Below are positions 36,453 through 46,700 of a stretch of 47,724 bases of DNA, one piece after another. The number at the start of each line of letters is the position of its first letter. The first letter of the stretch is position 1. A model generated the notes under the pieces. The model ran no database searches. It was not told the DNA's origin and saw nothing but the letters and a program-made list of their open reading frames with translations. Position numbers and translations under genes: made by a program. Source of the stretch: Deinococcales bacterium (GTDB lineage: Bacteria > Deinococcota > Deinococci > Deinococcales > JAAFIG01); the NCBI GenBank assembly GCA_031414595.1, contig JANNVX010000051.1:1-47724 (forward strand). Reading direction: 5' to 3'.

Positions 36453-37307
36453 CTAAAGAATTGGGCTACACTCGAGAATCACCAGTTCGGCAGGGCAAAA
36501 AAGCCGAATTGGGATGCCCCCAGTGCCTAAACCCCTCGAGACAAAACCAAGGGCAGTTTCTTGAATAAACCCCTGTTGGTAGCGCTCACCGTACCTCGTG
36601 ACACTGGCAAGCGCTCCGATACCCGGCAATCGAACTTGTCCGCCATGGGTGTGTCCAGACAGCATCAAGGAGACTCGAGAATCCAGTAGCGGCAGAATAT
36701 CGGGGTTATGCGACATCAATAGCACAGCTTGATTCTCTTTGGCTTGGGCAATGGCAGCGCGGCTGTTGACCGTGCCGTACCAGAAATCATCCACGCCACC
36801 AAGGTAGAGGTCTTTACGCAAGCTCTTACCTGTGTTTATCAGCATCGGAATGCCGTTTGCTTCTAAATTGCGAATTAAATCTGAAATCCCAGCCGCACCA
36901 CTCCAGCGCAAAGAATAATCATGATTGCCCAATACGGCATATGCACCCAACGGAACTTTACTGAGTGGCTCGAGGGCGGCAGCCAAGGCTTCGAGCATCG
37001 CGTAGCCTTTTTTACCATATGTGTCAAAAGCGTCGCCATGAACCAAATCGCCAGTTAAAAGTACCAAGTCGGGTTTTTCTTTGAGGGTGGCGGCAACCCA
37101 AGCCTGTACATGCTCGAGACCATGAGCGCCGCCAAAATGTAAATCGGTTAAATGGGCGATGCGTAAGGGTTGCTCGAGGTGCTTTAGTTTTAAGTGGTGC
37201 TTATTTATTTCAAAGCTCATGGCTTGGGCATAAGCTGCACCTAGGGTCAATGGCGGCAATGCCAAGCCCCCAAGGACAAGATTACGAATAATGGTGCGGC
37301 GGTTCAT
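36453..37307 (-). CDS. Metallophosphoesterase (YkuE/YaeI-like) with twin-Arg-like leader
   Basis: MNRR leader; DLH, GD, GNHD, SHNPD, SGHTHGGQ. Confidence 0.92.
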   Translation of the reverse strand: MNRRTIIRNLVLGGLALPPLTLGAAYAQAMSFEINKHHLKLKHLEQPLRIAHLTDLHFGGAHGLEHVQAWVAATLKEKPDLVLLTGDLVHGDAFDTYGKKGYAMLEALAAALEPLSKVPLGAYAVLGNHDYSLRWSGAAGISDLIRNLEANGIPMLINTGKSLRKDLYLGGVDDFWYGTVNSRAAIAQAKENQAVLLMSHNPDILPLLDSRVSLMLSGHTHGGQVRLPGIGALASVTRYGERYQQGFIQETALGFVSRGLGTGGIPIRLFCPAELVILECSPIL

Positions 37308-37428
37308 GGCTTAGCTTAATTGCTTTAGGTGAGGCGCTTCTCATCTAGTTTAGGACAGTGTTTCTCATGCAATACAAACTCATTTTACTGTTAGTGCCAC
37401 CTCATGCGGTTATGAAACTCTAAAGGTC

Positions 37429-37932
37429 ATGAAAAAACTTTTTTGGCAAGTGCTGCTTGGTTTGGCTTTCTTTGCTGGTGTTGCCCAAGCACAAACCACA
37501 CCTCCAGTTCCCGCAACAATTTGTTTTATCAGTGCCAAGAAAATACTAGCGGCTCACCCGCAAGGCGCAAAGGTACTCGAGGCGCAACAAAAAGCCCAAG
37601 CCGAACTACAAGAATTATCCGATAAAGTTCAAGCCCTGCAAACGAAAATTGCCAATAATACAGCGACACCAACCGAACGACAACAATACGAAACCCTTGT
37701 CAAAACAGGTCAGGCGCGGCAAGCTGCCTTAAAAACCCAAATTGATAAGTTGCTCGAGCCAATCACCAAAGCTGTTGACCTTGCTGTGACTAAAGTTGCC
37801 CTTATCAGGGGTTGCAGCGTGGTACTTGATCGGGTTATCGCGGCACAATCTGGTTTGGTGATTTATGTCAATCCCAATACTGTTCTTGATATTTCTGATG
37901 ATGTGATTCTCGAGATAACAAAACCCGCATAA
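37429..37932 (+). CDS. skp: OmpH/Skp family periplasmic chaperone
   Basis: Signal peptide; short beta strand, long coiled coil, C-terminal VVLD...YVNP..LDISDDVI. Confidence 0.85.
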   Translation: MKKLFWQVLLGLAFFAGVAQAQTTPPVPATICFISAKKILAAHPQGAKVLEAQQKAQAELQELSDKVQALQTKIANNTATPTERQQYETLVKTGQARQAALKTQIDKLLEPITKAVDLAVTKVALIRGCSVVLDRVIAAQSGLVIYVNPNTVLDISDDVILEITKPA

Positions 37933-37987
37933 AATCATTACCAACTGGTAGCCACAGTATTTTGACTAAGAATTTACCCAGCTACTC

Positions 37988-38020
37988 AGAGCCAAACCAG
38001 TTTAGAACTGGCTTGGCTCT
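37988..38020. terminator. Hairpin between convergent skp and ilvC
   Basis: AGAGCCAAACCAGTT-TAG-AACTGGCTTGGCTCT. Confidence 0.7.
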
Positions 38021-38031
38021 AAAGACGATAC

Positions 38032-39075
<1,044 letters not shown>

Positions 39076-39081
39076 TCAATG

Positions 39082-39106
39082 TTTGGTATACCAAAAAGCA
39101 TACCAA
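39082..39106. promoter_or_regulatory. Perfect 14-bp palindrome plus an extra half-site upstream of ilvC (GntR/FadR-like operator)
   Basis: TTTGGTATACCAAA (39082-39095) and ATACCAA (39100-39106), next to a minus-strand TATGCT -10-like box. Confidence 0.6.
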
Positions 39107-39142
39107 GATTTTTGTTCGATTTCGAGGTTTTTTACCCCTGTT

Positions 39143-39550
39143 TTACTGTAATTCGTTGCCATTGATCGAGGTCAGCCCGTCTTTACCGCGAACTGTAACC
39201 TTGAAATCTTCTTGCTCTCGAGCCTCCACACGGCATTTAATGCCTTCAGGAACGCTTGTCCAACCGTAATCAAAAGTTTTTTTCTGTACGACAATTCGGT
39301 TTACTTTTGATTGAGCGCAAACCTTGCTTAACGCCAAGGCAATCTCATTTTGGCTCAGTTTTGGGTCTTCAGATAAAATGGCAAGGCTGACTTTGTACAA
39401 TGTAGAACTATGAGATTGAACTGTTTGACTATAACCCCAACTTGCCAAAACATCGGTGTTTTGATCTTCAAAATTGCCACAGCCAAATAAAGCACACCAA
39501 ATAAGGGTTAAAAATTGCAAAATACCCGACGCACCTGGAACGACATCCAT
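39143..39550 (-). CDS. Hypothetical exported or membrane-anchored protein (possibly pilin-like globular domain)
   Basis: RBS GGAGG before the ATG at 39550 (MDVVPG); hydrophobic segment ending LFGC; two further Cys. Confidence 0.6.
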   Translation of the reverse strand: MDVVPGASGILQFLTLIWCALFGCGNFEDQNTDVLASWGYSQTVQSHSSTLYKVSLAILSEDPKLSQNEIALALSKVCAQSKVNRIVVQKKTFDYGWTSVPEGIKCRVEAREQEDFKVTVRGKDGLTSINGNELQ

Positions 39551-39580
39551 AAATACCTCCGATGCTATTGTACTCACATT

Positions 39581-40120
39581 ATGGCAGATAAAATCCGACC
39601 ACAATACGAAAATCTTGGTGTGGAAGGCTATTATCAAACCCACGGGGAAACCTACCGCAACCCGCACGAAAAACAAATTCATGTTTTACTCGAGCAATTC
39701 GCTCCTCTACTCGATTTAAGTAACACCCTCGATTTGGCTTGCGGTAGTGGCGAAGTGACCTTAAAACTCCTCGAGTTTGGGGCGGTGATGTCTGGAATAG
39801 ACCCGTTCACTGCCAGCGCCTACTTCAAACGTACAGGTTTAGAGGCAGAAGACTTGAGTTTTGAAGCAATAGCAGATGGGGTTCTCGAGAATCGAAGCTA
39901 CAGTTTGATTGTTTGCAGTTTTGCAATGCACCTTTTTTCGGTCTCGAGATTGCCGCTTTTAATTTATCAACTCTCCAATATTTCGCCGCAATTGCTGATT
40001 TTATCGCCGCATAAACGCCCAATCTTAAAACCAGAATGGGGCTATGTGGTCAAAACCGCAATAAACCATGAACGGGTTAAAGGAAAGCTGTACAAGTCGG
40101 CGTTTTTTGAGGGCGGCTAA
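39581..40120 (+). CDS. Class I SAM-dependent methyltransferase-like protein
   Basis: LDLACGSGE, GIDPF, YSLIVCSFAMH. Start is probably MADKIR at 39581. Confidence 0.82.
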   Translation: MADKIRPQYENLGVEGYYQTHGETYRNPHEKQIHVLLEQFAPLLDLSNTLDLACGSGEVTLKLLEFGAVMSGIDPFTASAYFKRTGLEAEDLSFEAIADGVLENRSYSLIVCSFAMHLFSVSRLPLLIYQLSNISPQLLILSPHKRPILKPEWGYVVKTAINHERVKGKLYKSAFFEGG

Positions 40121-40171
40121 ACTGACCATACAATTCATCTTTTTTGTGATGAAATAGAAGATGTGAACACA

Positions 40172-40852
40172 ATGCGTCTTCTCGTCTCGAGCTTGCTGCT
40201 GTTTGTGGGTTTGGTTTTCGCCCAAGCCACAGGGGTCATACTGGCACAATTCACAGGTGTACAAGGCGAATGGATAGCCAAAGCAGTCAACCGCACCATC
40301 AGCTTAAAAATTGAAGAAGTTGGTGGGGTGATTACCGGCACACTCGACGGCATGGGTGACACCTTTAGCTTAAAAGGACAATTGAATGGGCTTAAAGCCG
40401 AAGGCACAGCCACAAGTGCCAGTGGCGAAGCCTATTTTTTCTTTGAAGTGAAGGGCGATTCTCTTAGTCTGACTTTGGCGAACTTTGACCAAAATGGCAA
40501 ACCAGACTCGAGCAGCGCCGTAACGGTGGTCTTGGACAGAGATTTTGGACCTAAAGCCCAAGCTGGTTTTAGTGTCCCCGGTTTTGCGCCGCCGCCGATA
40601 GACCCTTTAATTGCCACTTGGCGCAATGCCAGTATTCTTTTAAGCCTCAAAAACATTGGACCGAATAAATACACTGGCACGATAGAAATAGCCAAACAAA
40701 AAGCAGTTATAACTGCCACAGGCAACCACATGAACCTTAAGGGGAGTTTTAAGCTCGGCAAACAAAACAAAGTCTTTAGTGCCAAGCTCGAGAATGACCG
40801 CTTAAAATTTGTGCTGGACGGCAAAACCCAAATCCTCGGGCGAGCGCGTTGA
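40172..40852 (+). CDS. Hypothetical exported beta-rich protein
   Basis: Signal peptide ending VFA-Q; two beta-rich halves separated by a Pro-rich linker. Alternative GTG start at 40163. Confidence 0.75.
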   Translation: MRLLVSSLLLFVGLVFAQATGVILAQFTGVQGEWIAKAVNRTISLKIEEVGGVITGTLDGMGDTFSLKGQLNGLKAEGTATSASGEAYFFFEVKGDSLSLTLANFDQNGKPDSSSAVTVVLDRDFGPKAQAGFSVPGFAPPPIDPLIATWRNASILLSLKNIGPNKYTGTIEIAKQKAVITATGNHMNLKGSFKLGKQNKVFSAKLENDRLKFVLDGKTQILGRAR

Positions 40853-40909
40853 AATAGGCAAGCGCTTACGATAGTATGCTGTTCGCCACAAGGCAATTTT
40901 GGAGGAATT

Positions 40910-42166
40910 ATGAACTTACGCAAAGCGTTTGGTATATCGTTGGTACTCGCGGCTGGAGTCGCGGGTTTAAGTCAAGTCGGCGCTCAAGAAAAAACACAAA
41001 TGGAATTTGTGACCACCAGCCTGACCCCATTTGCAGATTTTTTTAATCCGTTGGTAGCAAAATACAACACCAACAACCCAAGTCAGAACCTCAAATGGAC
41101 GGATTTGCCACAAGCTGCAATTCAACAAAAAGTCTTGTCTGGCGTAGCGGCTGGCAACCCGCCAAATGCGGTACAAATGAACAGCACCCAAATTTTAGAA
41201 CTTGCCCAGCAAGGCGCACTCGAGAATTTAAGTGGTTTGCTGGACAGCAAAACCCTAAATGTCTACCAAAAACAAGCCTTGGCTGCCTTTACTTTCGACG
41301 GTAAAGTTTACGGTTTACCAGATTATGCCAGCCCGCGAATTATTTTATTTAACCGCGAGATTCTTAAAAAAGCTGGTCTGGATGGGCAAGACTTACCACG
41401 TACCCAAGGCGGTGTGATTGCTTGGGCAAAAATCATTGCCGAAAAAGCAGGAGTCTTTGGTTTTTCGCCACTGATTGCCAATGCTGATTTATTAAAGGTA
41501 TTCCAAGAAGAAGGCTTGCCGCTTTTTAGCAATGACCGCAAAAAAGCCGTCTTTAACAGTTCAGCCCATGTAGCGCTGTTGCAACGCTACATAGATTTGC
41601 GTAAATCCAATGTCTTTAGCGAAGAAAGCATGAAAGGCATCGGCGCAAGCTATAATCTCTACACCGCCGGTAAGCTCGGCATGTGCATTGTTGGTATTAC
41701 TTTTGTACCTCGGCTTGCCACCGATTCACCCGCGATTTTTAAGACCACCGCGATTGCTGCCAACCCAATCGCCGCAGGGCAAGTTACCCAAGCCAGTACC
41801 TTTGCTTATGCTGTCCCCAGTGGTACAAAAAATCCTAAAGCCAGTGCTACCTTGGCGGCTTGGCTGACCAACGACGACAACCAACTGGCATTTGCAATCC
41901 GTGTCAAAACTGTTTTCCCAACTACCGTTAAAGCCGCTCGAGACCCCTTCTTTGTCAGTGGTCGTAGCAGTACCGACTTGGTGGAACAAGCCCGTTTTGC
42001 TGGTTCACAAACCATGAAAAGCGGCAAGGAATTAACCCCAGTTGTACCAAATGCCAGCACCCTCAACAAAGCCGTTAAAGATAATGTTGAAGCTGCGATT
42101 TTTGGACAAAAAACCGCCAAAGCTGCACTTGATGCCGCCGTCGCCATCTGGAACGCCAACCTTTAA
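40910..42166 (+). CDS. Carbohydrate ABC transporter substrate-binding protein (family 1)
   Basis: RBS GGAGG; signal peptide; AAGNPPN, DGKVYGLP, LFNREILKKAG, C-terminal TAKAALD. Confidence 0.9.
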   Translation: MNLRKAFGISLVLAAGVAGLSQVGAQEKTQMEFVTTSLTPFADFFNPLVAKYNTNNPSQNLKWTDLPQAAIQQKVLSGVAAGNPPNAVQMNSTQILELAQQGALENLSGLLDSKTLNVYQKQALAAFTFDGKVYGLPDYASPRIILFNREILKKAGLDGQDLPRTQGGVIAWAKIIAEKAGVFGFSPLIANADLLKVFQEEGLPLFSNDRKKAVFNSSAHVALLQRYIDLRKSNVFSEESMKGIGASYNLYTAGKLGMCIVGITFVPRLATDSPAIFKTTAIAANPIAAGQVTQASTFAYAVPSGTKNPKASATLAAWLTNDDNQLAFAIRVKTVFPTTVKAARDPFFVSGRSSTDLVEQARFAGSQTMKSGKELTPVVPNASTLNKAVKDNVEAAIFGQKTAKAALDAAVAIWNANL

Positions 42167-42178
42167 TTTGCCCTCGAG

Positions 42179-42204
42179 AAACCCCTGCACTTGGCAGGGG
42201 TTTT
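42179..42204. terminator. Bidirectional rho-independent terminator
   Basis: AAACCCCTGC-ACTTG-GCAGGGGTTTT between convergent genes. Confidence 0.8.
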
Positions 42205-43228
42205 ATGTTTTTATGATTTGCCCTTCGGCAGCCCGAAAAAGCCTATCGTTGAGCGCCCTGCCTAAGCCAGTGTTCTCAAACTGATGTGCCAAAATATGGG
42301 TGCAGCCCACTTTGTCAAGCCAGCGCATCCCAGCAAATAATTTGGATGCAATACTCGAGAAATCCGTACCTAAATCAAAACGAGTCGCTTGAATACCTGT
42401 CAGAATTTCTAAACTAGGGCTTGGCAGTAACAAACCTAGTTTTTGGGGTTGATACATTTTAGCCGTCTCGAGCAGAGAAGCCATATTCCCCAACAGCAGT
42501 AACTTTGCTTTAGGGCTGTAATGCTTGAGTAACATGCCCGGTGCGGGTTGTACAGCAGATTCCTCGAGAACCGCTTCGTTGGGTAGTAAAACTGTTCCAA
42601 TTAAGGCTTCTATCTCCTCGAGTGAAACTCCACCTGGACGAAGCAACATCGGCACTCCAAGCAAACTTAAGACCGTACTTTCAACCCCAATACGTGACTT
42701 TCCACCATCTAAGACTGCATCTACCCGCCCATCCAAATCCTCGAGAACCATATCGGCATTGGTCGGCGAAGGACGCGAAAATAAATTGGCACTCGGCGCA
42801 GCAATCGGTACGCCACAAGCTGCAATCAGGGCTTGAGCTACGGCATGGGCTGGCACTCGAGCCGCCACGCTACTGCCACCAGCCGTGACTTCAAACGGTA
42901 CAATTTTTTGTTTTGGTAAGACTAGGGTTAAAGCCCCCGGCATGAATTTTTGTGCCAGTCTCGAGACAAGGCTTTCTAAGCCGTCCAGAACGGCAATTTT
43001 TGAGAACTGTTCGGCGTTCTCAAGATGCAGAATAAGCGGGTCGGATGAAGGGCGTTTTTTTGCCTGAAAAATTCGCTGGACTGCCACGGCATCTAAACCA
43101 TTTGCGCCTAAGCCGTAAACAGTTTCGGTAGGAAATGCCACCAAACCACCGGCTTGGATAATTTGGGCTGCCTCGAGTATAAGGTTTAGCTCGGGATTTA
43201 TTGGGTTGACTTTGAAGACTTGGGTCAT
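42203..43228 (-). CDS. sua5: L-threonylcarbamoyladenylate synthase (Sua5 type)
   Basis: VAFPTETVYGLGA, AKKRP, AAPSAN, GVESTV, PGMLLKHYSP and the Sua5 C-terminal domain GLGRALNDRL. Confidence 0.96.
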   Translation of the reverse strand: MTQVFKVNPINPELNLILEAAQIIQAGGLVAFPTETVYGLGANGLDAVAVQRIFQAKKRPSSDPLILHLENAEQFSKIAVLDGLESLVSRLAQKFMPGALTLVLPKQKIVPFEVTAGGSSVAARVPAHAVAQALIAACGVPIAAPSANLFSRPSPTNADMVLEDLDGRVDAVLDGGKSRIGVESTVLSLLGVPMLLRPGGVSLEEIEALIGTVLLPNEAVLEESAVQPAPGMLLKHYSPKAKLLLLGNMASLLETAKMYQPQKLGLLLPSPSLEILTGIQATRFDLGTDFSSIASKLFAGMRWLDKVGCTHILAHQFENTGLGRALNDRLFRAAEGQIIKT

Positions 43229-43308
43229 ACGGGAATGTAGGCTTCTGGGGTATTGCCTAGTTTCTTGGTGCGGTTCACAAGACGTTTATCAAAAGTGGCA
43301 AAACGCCC
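43225..43308 (-). pseudogene. C-terminal remnant of a PIN-domain (VapC-like) toxin gene
   Basis: An alternative minus frame overlapping the antitoxin 3' end reads GRFATFDKRLVNRTKKLGNTPEAYIPV*, a typical PIN C-terminal TFD motif. The frame has no start and is closed just upstream. Confidence 0.65.
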
Positions 43309-43592
43309 TGTTCAAAACGCCGCCAATCACGTCGAATCATTCGAGTCACTGCCATATCCATATCCTCAATCGAAACAGCTTTGCCTTGGTGAGGTTTTAA
43401 GGCTTGCATTTGGGAAAGCTGCGCTTGGATGTCCTCAGCACTACGTTTTTCTACCTTTGCTTTCGGCTCGAGAATCACCGATACGCCTTCTTGACGCACT
43501 ATAAATTCAGTCCCGACTTTAAGCTGCATGGCTTCGCGCACCGCTCTAGGGATAACCACTTGTCCTTTACTCGATAACCGCGTTAATTCCAT
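43275..43592 (-). CDS. AbrB/MazE/SpoVT-family DNA-binding protein (antitoxin-like)
   Basis: TRLSSKGQVVIPRAVREAMQLKVG and C-terminal VSIEDMD. Confidence 0.9.
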   Translation of the reverse strand: MELTRLSSKGQVVIPRAVREAMQLKVGTEFIVRQEGVSVILEPKAKVEKRSAEDIQAQLSQMQALKPHQGKAVSIEDMDMAVTRMIRRDWRRFEQGVLPLLINVL

Positions 43593-43598
43593 CGTAAG

Positions 43599-43627
43599 AT
43601 GATAGTAAGACCAAACCCTTTTGTCAA
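43599..43627 (-). promoter_or_regulatory. Sigma70 promoter for a leaderless AbrB-family transcript
   Basis: TTGACA-17 nt-TATCAT-6 nt-ATG, with the -10 box flanked by a CTTAC direct repeat. Confidence 0.8.
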
Positions 43628-43642
43628 TTCATACCAAATTGT

Positions 43643-43673
43643 GTTAATCAGTCGCGTATTTTGACTGATTAAC
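43643..43673 (-). terminator. Stem-loop downstream of the GH13 gene
   Basis: GTTAATCAGTC-N9-GACTGATTAAC, a perfect 11-bp stem with no strong U-tract. Confidence 0.6.
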
Positions 43674-43702
43674 CGACTAACAGGAGTGACAACAAAACCG
43701 AA

Positions 43703-46700
43703 TTAACGCTTGGTTTTTTTTGCTTTGCGCCCAGCCACCAAAGAATCGGTTAGGGCAGCAAAGCCAACTTCATCCCCTCGAGCCAGAAGGCTGGCTTGTT
43801 CTGCCCATGTTTCCAGACTTGGCGCAAGTCGAATTTTTGCAGCTTGAATAGCAGTTTTTAGGGTGGCATTGTCCGCAGCCGCTAGGACTGAGAAAGTGGT
43901 GATGTTAGCGGCGATTAAGGCTGATGCGATTTTTGGACCAATTCCTTCGATACGGGTGAGGTCATCAGGGGCTTGGACAGGATTGCCCCCCGTCGCTGGA
44001 AGCTCCGTCGCCCCTACGCTAGGTTTTGATTTAGCAATTGTGGGTTTGGTGGTGGCTTTGGTTTTGGTTGTCACCAGCACACCTTTTCTCGAGGAAGATG
44101 GGGCGGGAGTTGCGACTTTTTTCTTGGTGGTTTTGGCTGGTTTTTTAGGTTTGGCAATGGCAGTTTTCTTGGGTTTTTTAGTGACTGTTTTTTTACTGGC
44201 TTTTGCTACTTTTTTGCTGGGTGAAACCGGAAAATCTAAGCAGTAACCATTGTCAACCACGGCGGCTTCGGTTGTCTCGAGCAGTTTACTTTGGCTCGAG
44301 TTGCGGCTGGCACTGACCACCCACTGGGCAAAGGCTTCGGCATTGACATAGCGCTTGGTTTCAAAGGTATTTAAGCCAATGGCAAGATCGCTATTGACAT
44401 CAAGGATTAAAAATTCAATCAGGTCAGCACTGGTTTTGGCTTCCTCGAGTGCCTCTAGGTTGGCGGTCAGTAACAACACCCGAGCCGCACTGCGCTGGGC
44501 ATAACCATTGCTTAAGTCCCGAAAGGCTCTGGTTAATTGGCGCTCGAGTAGCCACTCGGCAGCCACGGCTTGTGGCGCAGCTTCGGTCAGAATGGCAACC
44601 CGTTTTAAGGTAGCCAATGCCAGTTGCTCTAAGGCGATTTCGGCGGTGCTGGCTTTTATACCCTCCAAGTCGGAACGCAAACCAACCGCAAACATATCCC
44701 CAGACAATTCTTTTTTGGTGTGCAATTCGATACCATCGCTTAAGGCTTTGGCTTTGGCTTCGAATTCGCCAAATAAAAGCGCTGTTGGCTCGAGCAGCGC
44801 CCGTGCATGGCTTGAATTCACAAGGTCATTCCACGGGGTCAGGATTTTTTCTAAGTACAATTCTTGGACTGCCGTTTCGATGTGTTCGACCCCGCGCCCA
44901 CCAAGCATCTGCTCGAGTCTGGCATAACGCCCATCGGTATCAGCAACTTCGCGCCAGTCTAGCAGCACGGCTCTGCCGTATGCCCCGAGTTCGATTTGGA
45001 AACCAGCTTGCCCAAGTTTGAGACTGTTTTTAATGTACTCGAGATTTGAGACGTTATCGCGATAAATCACAAATTGATTGCTTTTATTTGAAAGCTGTAG
45101 CGCCTCAACGATTCCAGAAGCGCGTTCGCTGTATAAGCACGAGTTCACCGTGACATTGGCATAATGGGTCGAATTATTATAAAAAACCAAGGCGCGTTCA
45201 AAACTCGAGCGGTTTGAGAAGGCAAAAACATGGTCATGATTGACTTCAAAAAGTGCAAAGTGTTCAACTTCGGCAAATAAATACCGTTTTTTAAGGAGTG
45301 GAAAAATCTGGGTTTGGTGGTGTGCCATAAAGCCAAGGTCTGGTTTTTCGTCATAGTACGCCCGTTGGTATTCCATACCGTACTTCTCGGTGTAGCCTTC
45401 GACCTGCCCATGCCCAAGCATTGGTAAACCCGGCAAGGTGGCACACAAGGTCATAATCCCAAAATACTTATCGGTTTTACCAAACTGCTCGACTGCTGTT
45501 TTTTCGTCGGGGTTACTTAAAAAATTGACATAGCGCTTCAAAATTTCAGGTTCAAACTCGAGCGTGTTTTTAATCACATCGCGGTACTCGGCGTTGCGTT
45601 CATCTCGTAACATGACCATAAAAGCACTGTTATAGACGCGGTGCATTCCTAGAGTACGCACAAAATAGCCTTCCATCATCCAGAACGCCTCGGCAAGCAG
45701 CAGCGTGTCTGGGACTTCGGTGGCTGCCCTGTCCACCACTTCACGCCAAAATTCATTCGGCATGATTTGGTCAAATTCTTCGCGGGTCATGCCGTACTCG
45801 TTTCTCGAGGCAATCCCTTCACCTGAACCAGGTTCTGGAAACCAAAGGCGCTTGATGTGGCGCTTGGCAAGGGTCATGGCAGCATCAAAACGAATAATCG
45901 GGAATTGCCGAGCCACCCTAAAAATGGTTTGAATCACCGCTTCTCTGGCGGCTGGGTTCATATAATCCAGTTGAGCAGTATCGTTCCACGGCAGGCTTGT
46001 GCCGTCGTTGCCATGATAAATAATTCGGGTTTGACCATTCTGACTCACATACTTAAAAGTCACCGCCGCATCGGATTTATCGTAATAATGATCCTCGAGA
46101 AAAACCTGCATTCGCTTATCGGTGCTTAAATTCTGCGAGTCATAGGTGTAGCTTGGGTACGGCGATTCGGTGCGTTGCAAAAACCAATCGGGGTGTTCTG
46201 CCATCCATTTGCTATCAATGCCGGTATGATTTGGAACCATATCCGAAGCCATACGGATACCGTAACGCCAGGCTCGAGCCTTCAAATTCTCTAAAGCCGC
46301 ATCGCCACCCAGCGCACGGGCAATGCTGTAATCCCACAAGCTGTAAGCACTGGCGACTGCATCAGGGTTGCCCATACGGTGCTTAATTTCTTTACTGGCA
46401 GCGCTGCGTTCCCACAAACCAATCAGCCACAGCCCCGTAATCCCCCAACGCGCCATATTCTCGAGTTCGGCATCTGGAATTTGATTCAATGTGCGAATTT
46501 CTTGTTTGTACTGTTTAGATAACTGGTCAAGCCAGACAAAGGCATTTTTAGCCATCAAGACCACTCGAGGCATCCAATTTTGATCGAGCGTAAAGGCTTC
46601 GGGTTCATCCATCAGCATCTGACGTGAGACACTGCGAATTTGGGCTTCGGCTTTGAACTCTGAGCCACCGCCAAATTCACGCACATTCTGCGCCACAAAA

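Noticed and set aside
39581-40120. This methyltransferase as the DNA methylase for CTCGAG
   Set aside because: It is short and lacks the DPPY/NPPY or PC catalytic motifs of DNA methyltransferases.
43985-44018. REP insertion (GTAGGGGCGAC...) inside the GH13 linker
   Set aside because: Only the GTAG and left arm are present and the complementary arm is missing, so it may be chance or a heavily decayed copy.
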